Shown one piece after another: positions 63,979 through 64,000 of a stretch of 64,000 bases of DNA. Every line of letters starts with the position of its first letter. Position 1 is the first letter of the stretch. The translations under genes were made by a program, and so were the position numbers. Origin of the DNA: a virus (Duplodnaviria; Heunggongvirae; Uroviricota; Caudoviricetes); the IMG/VR virus record IMGVR_UViG_3300028048_000043. The stretch is one strand, 5' to 3'. The notes beneath the pieces were generated by a model. The model did no database searches. It saw only the letters and a program-made list of their open reading frames with translations, and had not been told where the DNA came from.

Positions 63979-64000
63979 TTTCTGGTCTATTTCGCCAACG

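Noticed and set aside
1-64000. tRNA, rRNA, integrase, transposase, IS elements, attachment sites
   Set aside because: No GC-rich cloverleaf-like stretches were seen in the few intergenic regions. No integrase (tyrosine or serine recombinase) or DDE motifs were recognised. Absence is judged by eye only, and tRNAscan or HMM searches would be needed to be certain.

Overview
The window is AT-rich (about 35% GC by eye), very densely coded and almost free of non-coding sequence. It has many small, overlapping or translationally coupled ORFs and no recognisable host housekeeping operons or rRNA/tRNA genes. This looks like a segment of a large tailed-phage genome. A conserved TAnnTTTG element sits immediately upstream of many start codons. 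That is the Bacteroidota -7 promoter consensus, so a Bacteroidota host is likely.

Organisation:
- 0-19.5 kb, plus strand: a replication, nucleotide and chaperone module. It holds a ClpX-like ATPase, a guanylate-kinase-like kinase, a clamp loader, a FEN/5'-3' exonuclease, an HD hydrolase, DnaK/Hsp70, a HIGH-motif nucleotidyltransferase fused to a KxDG ligase domain, a cell-wall amidase, a YqeY-like protein, a Nudix hydrolase and a CofE-like protein.
- 19.5-27.3 kb: alternating-strand genes separated by hairpin terminators. They include four members of a paralogous protein family sharing a (D/R)EWV(D/E) motif; a fifth member lies at 53.6 kb.
- 27.3-64 kb: almost entirely minus-strand small genes. 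Highlights are two paralogous radical-SAM enzymes with twitch/SPASM-like C-termini and an unusual N-terminal Cys-rich extension; a compositionally atypical (about 50% GC) SPFH/flotillin-like gene co-transcribed with a 57-aa membrane peptide; a Thg1-like 3'-5' nucleotidyltransferase; a minimal Rnl2-like ligase; many Zn-ribbon mini-proteins; and a striking tandem array of seven paralogous small genes (55.4-60.0 kb) with conserved termini, variable cores and a decayed eighth copy.

No structural, integrase or transposase genes are recognisable in the window.
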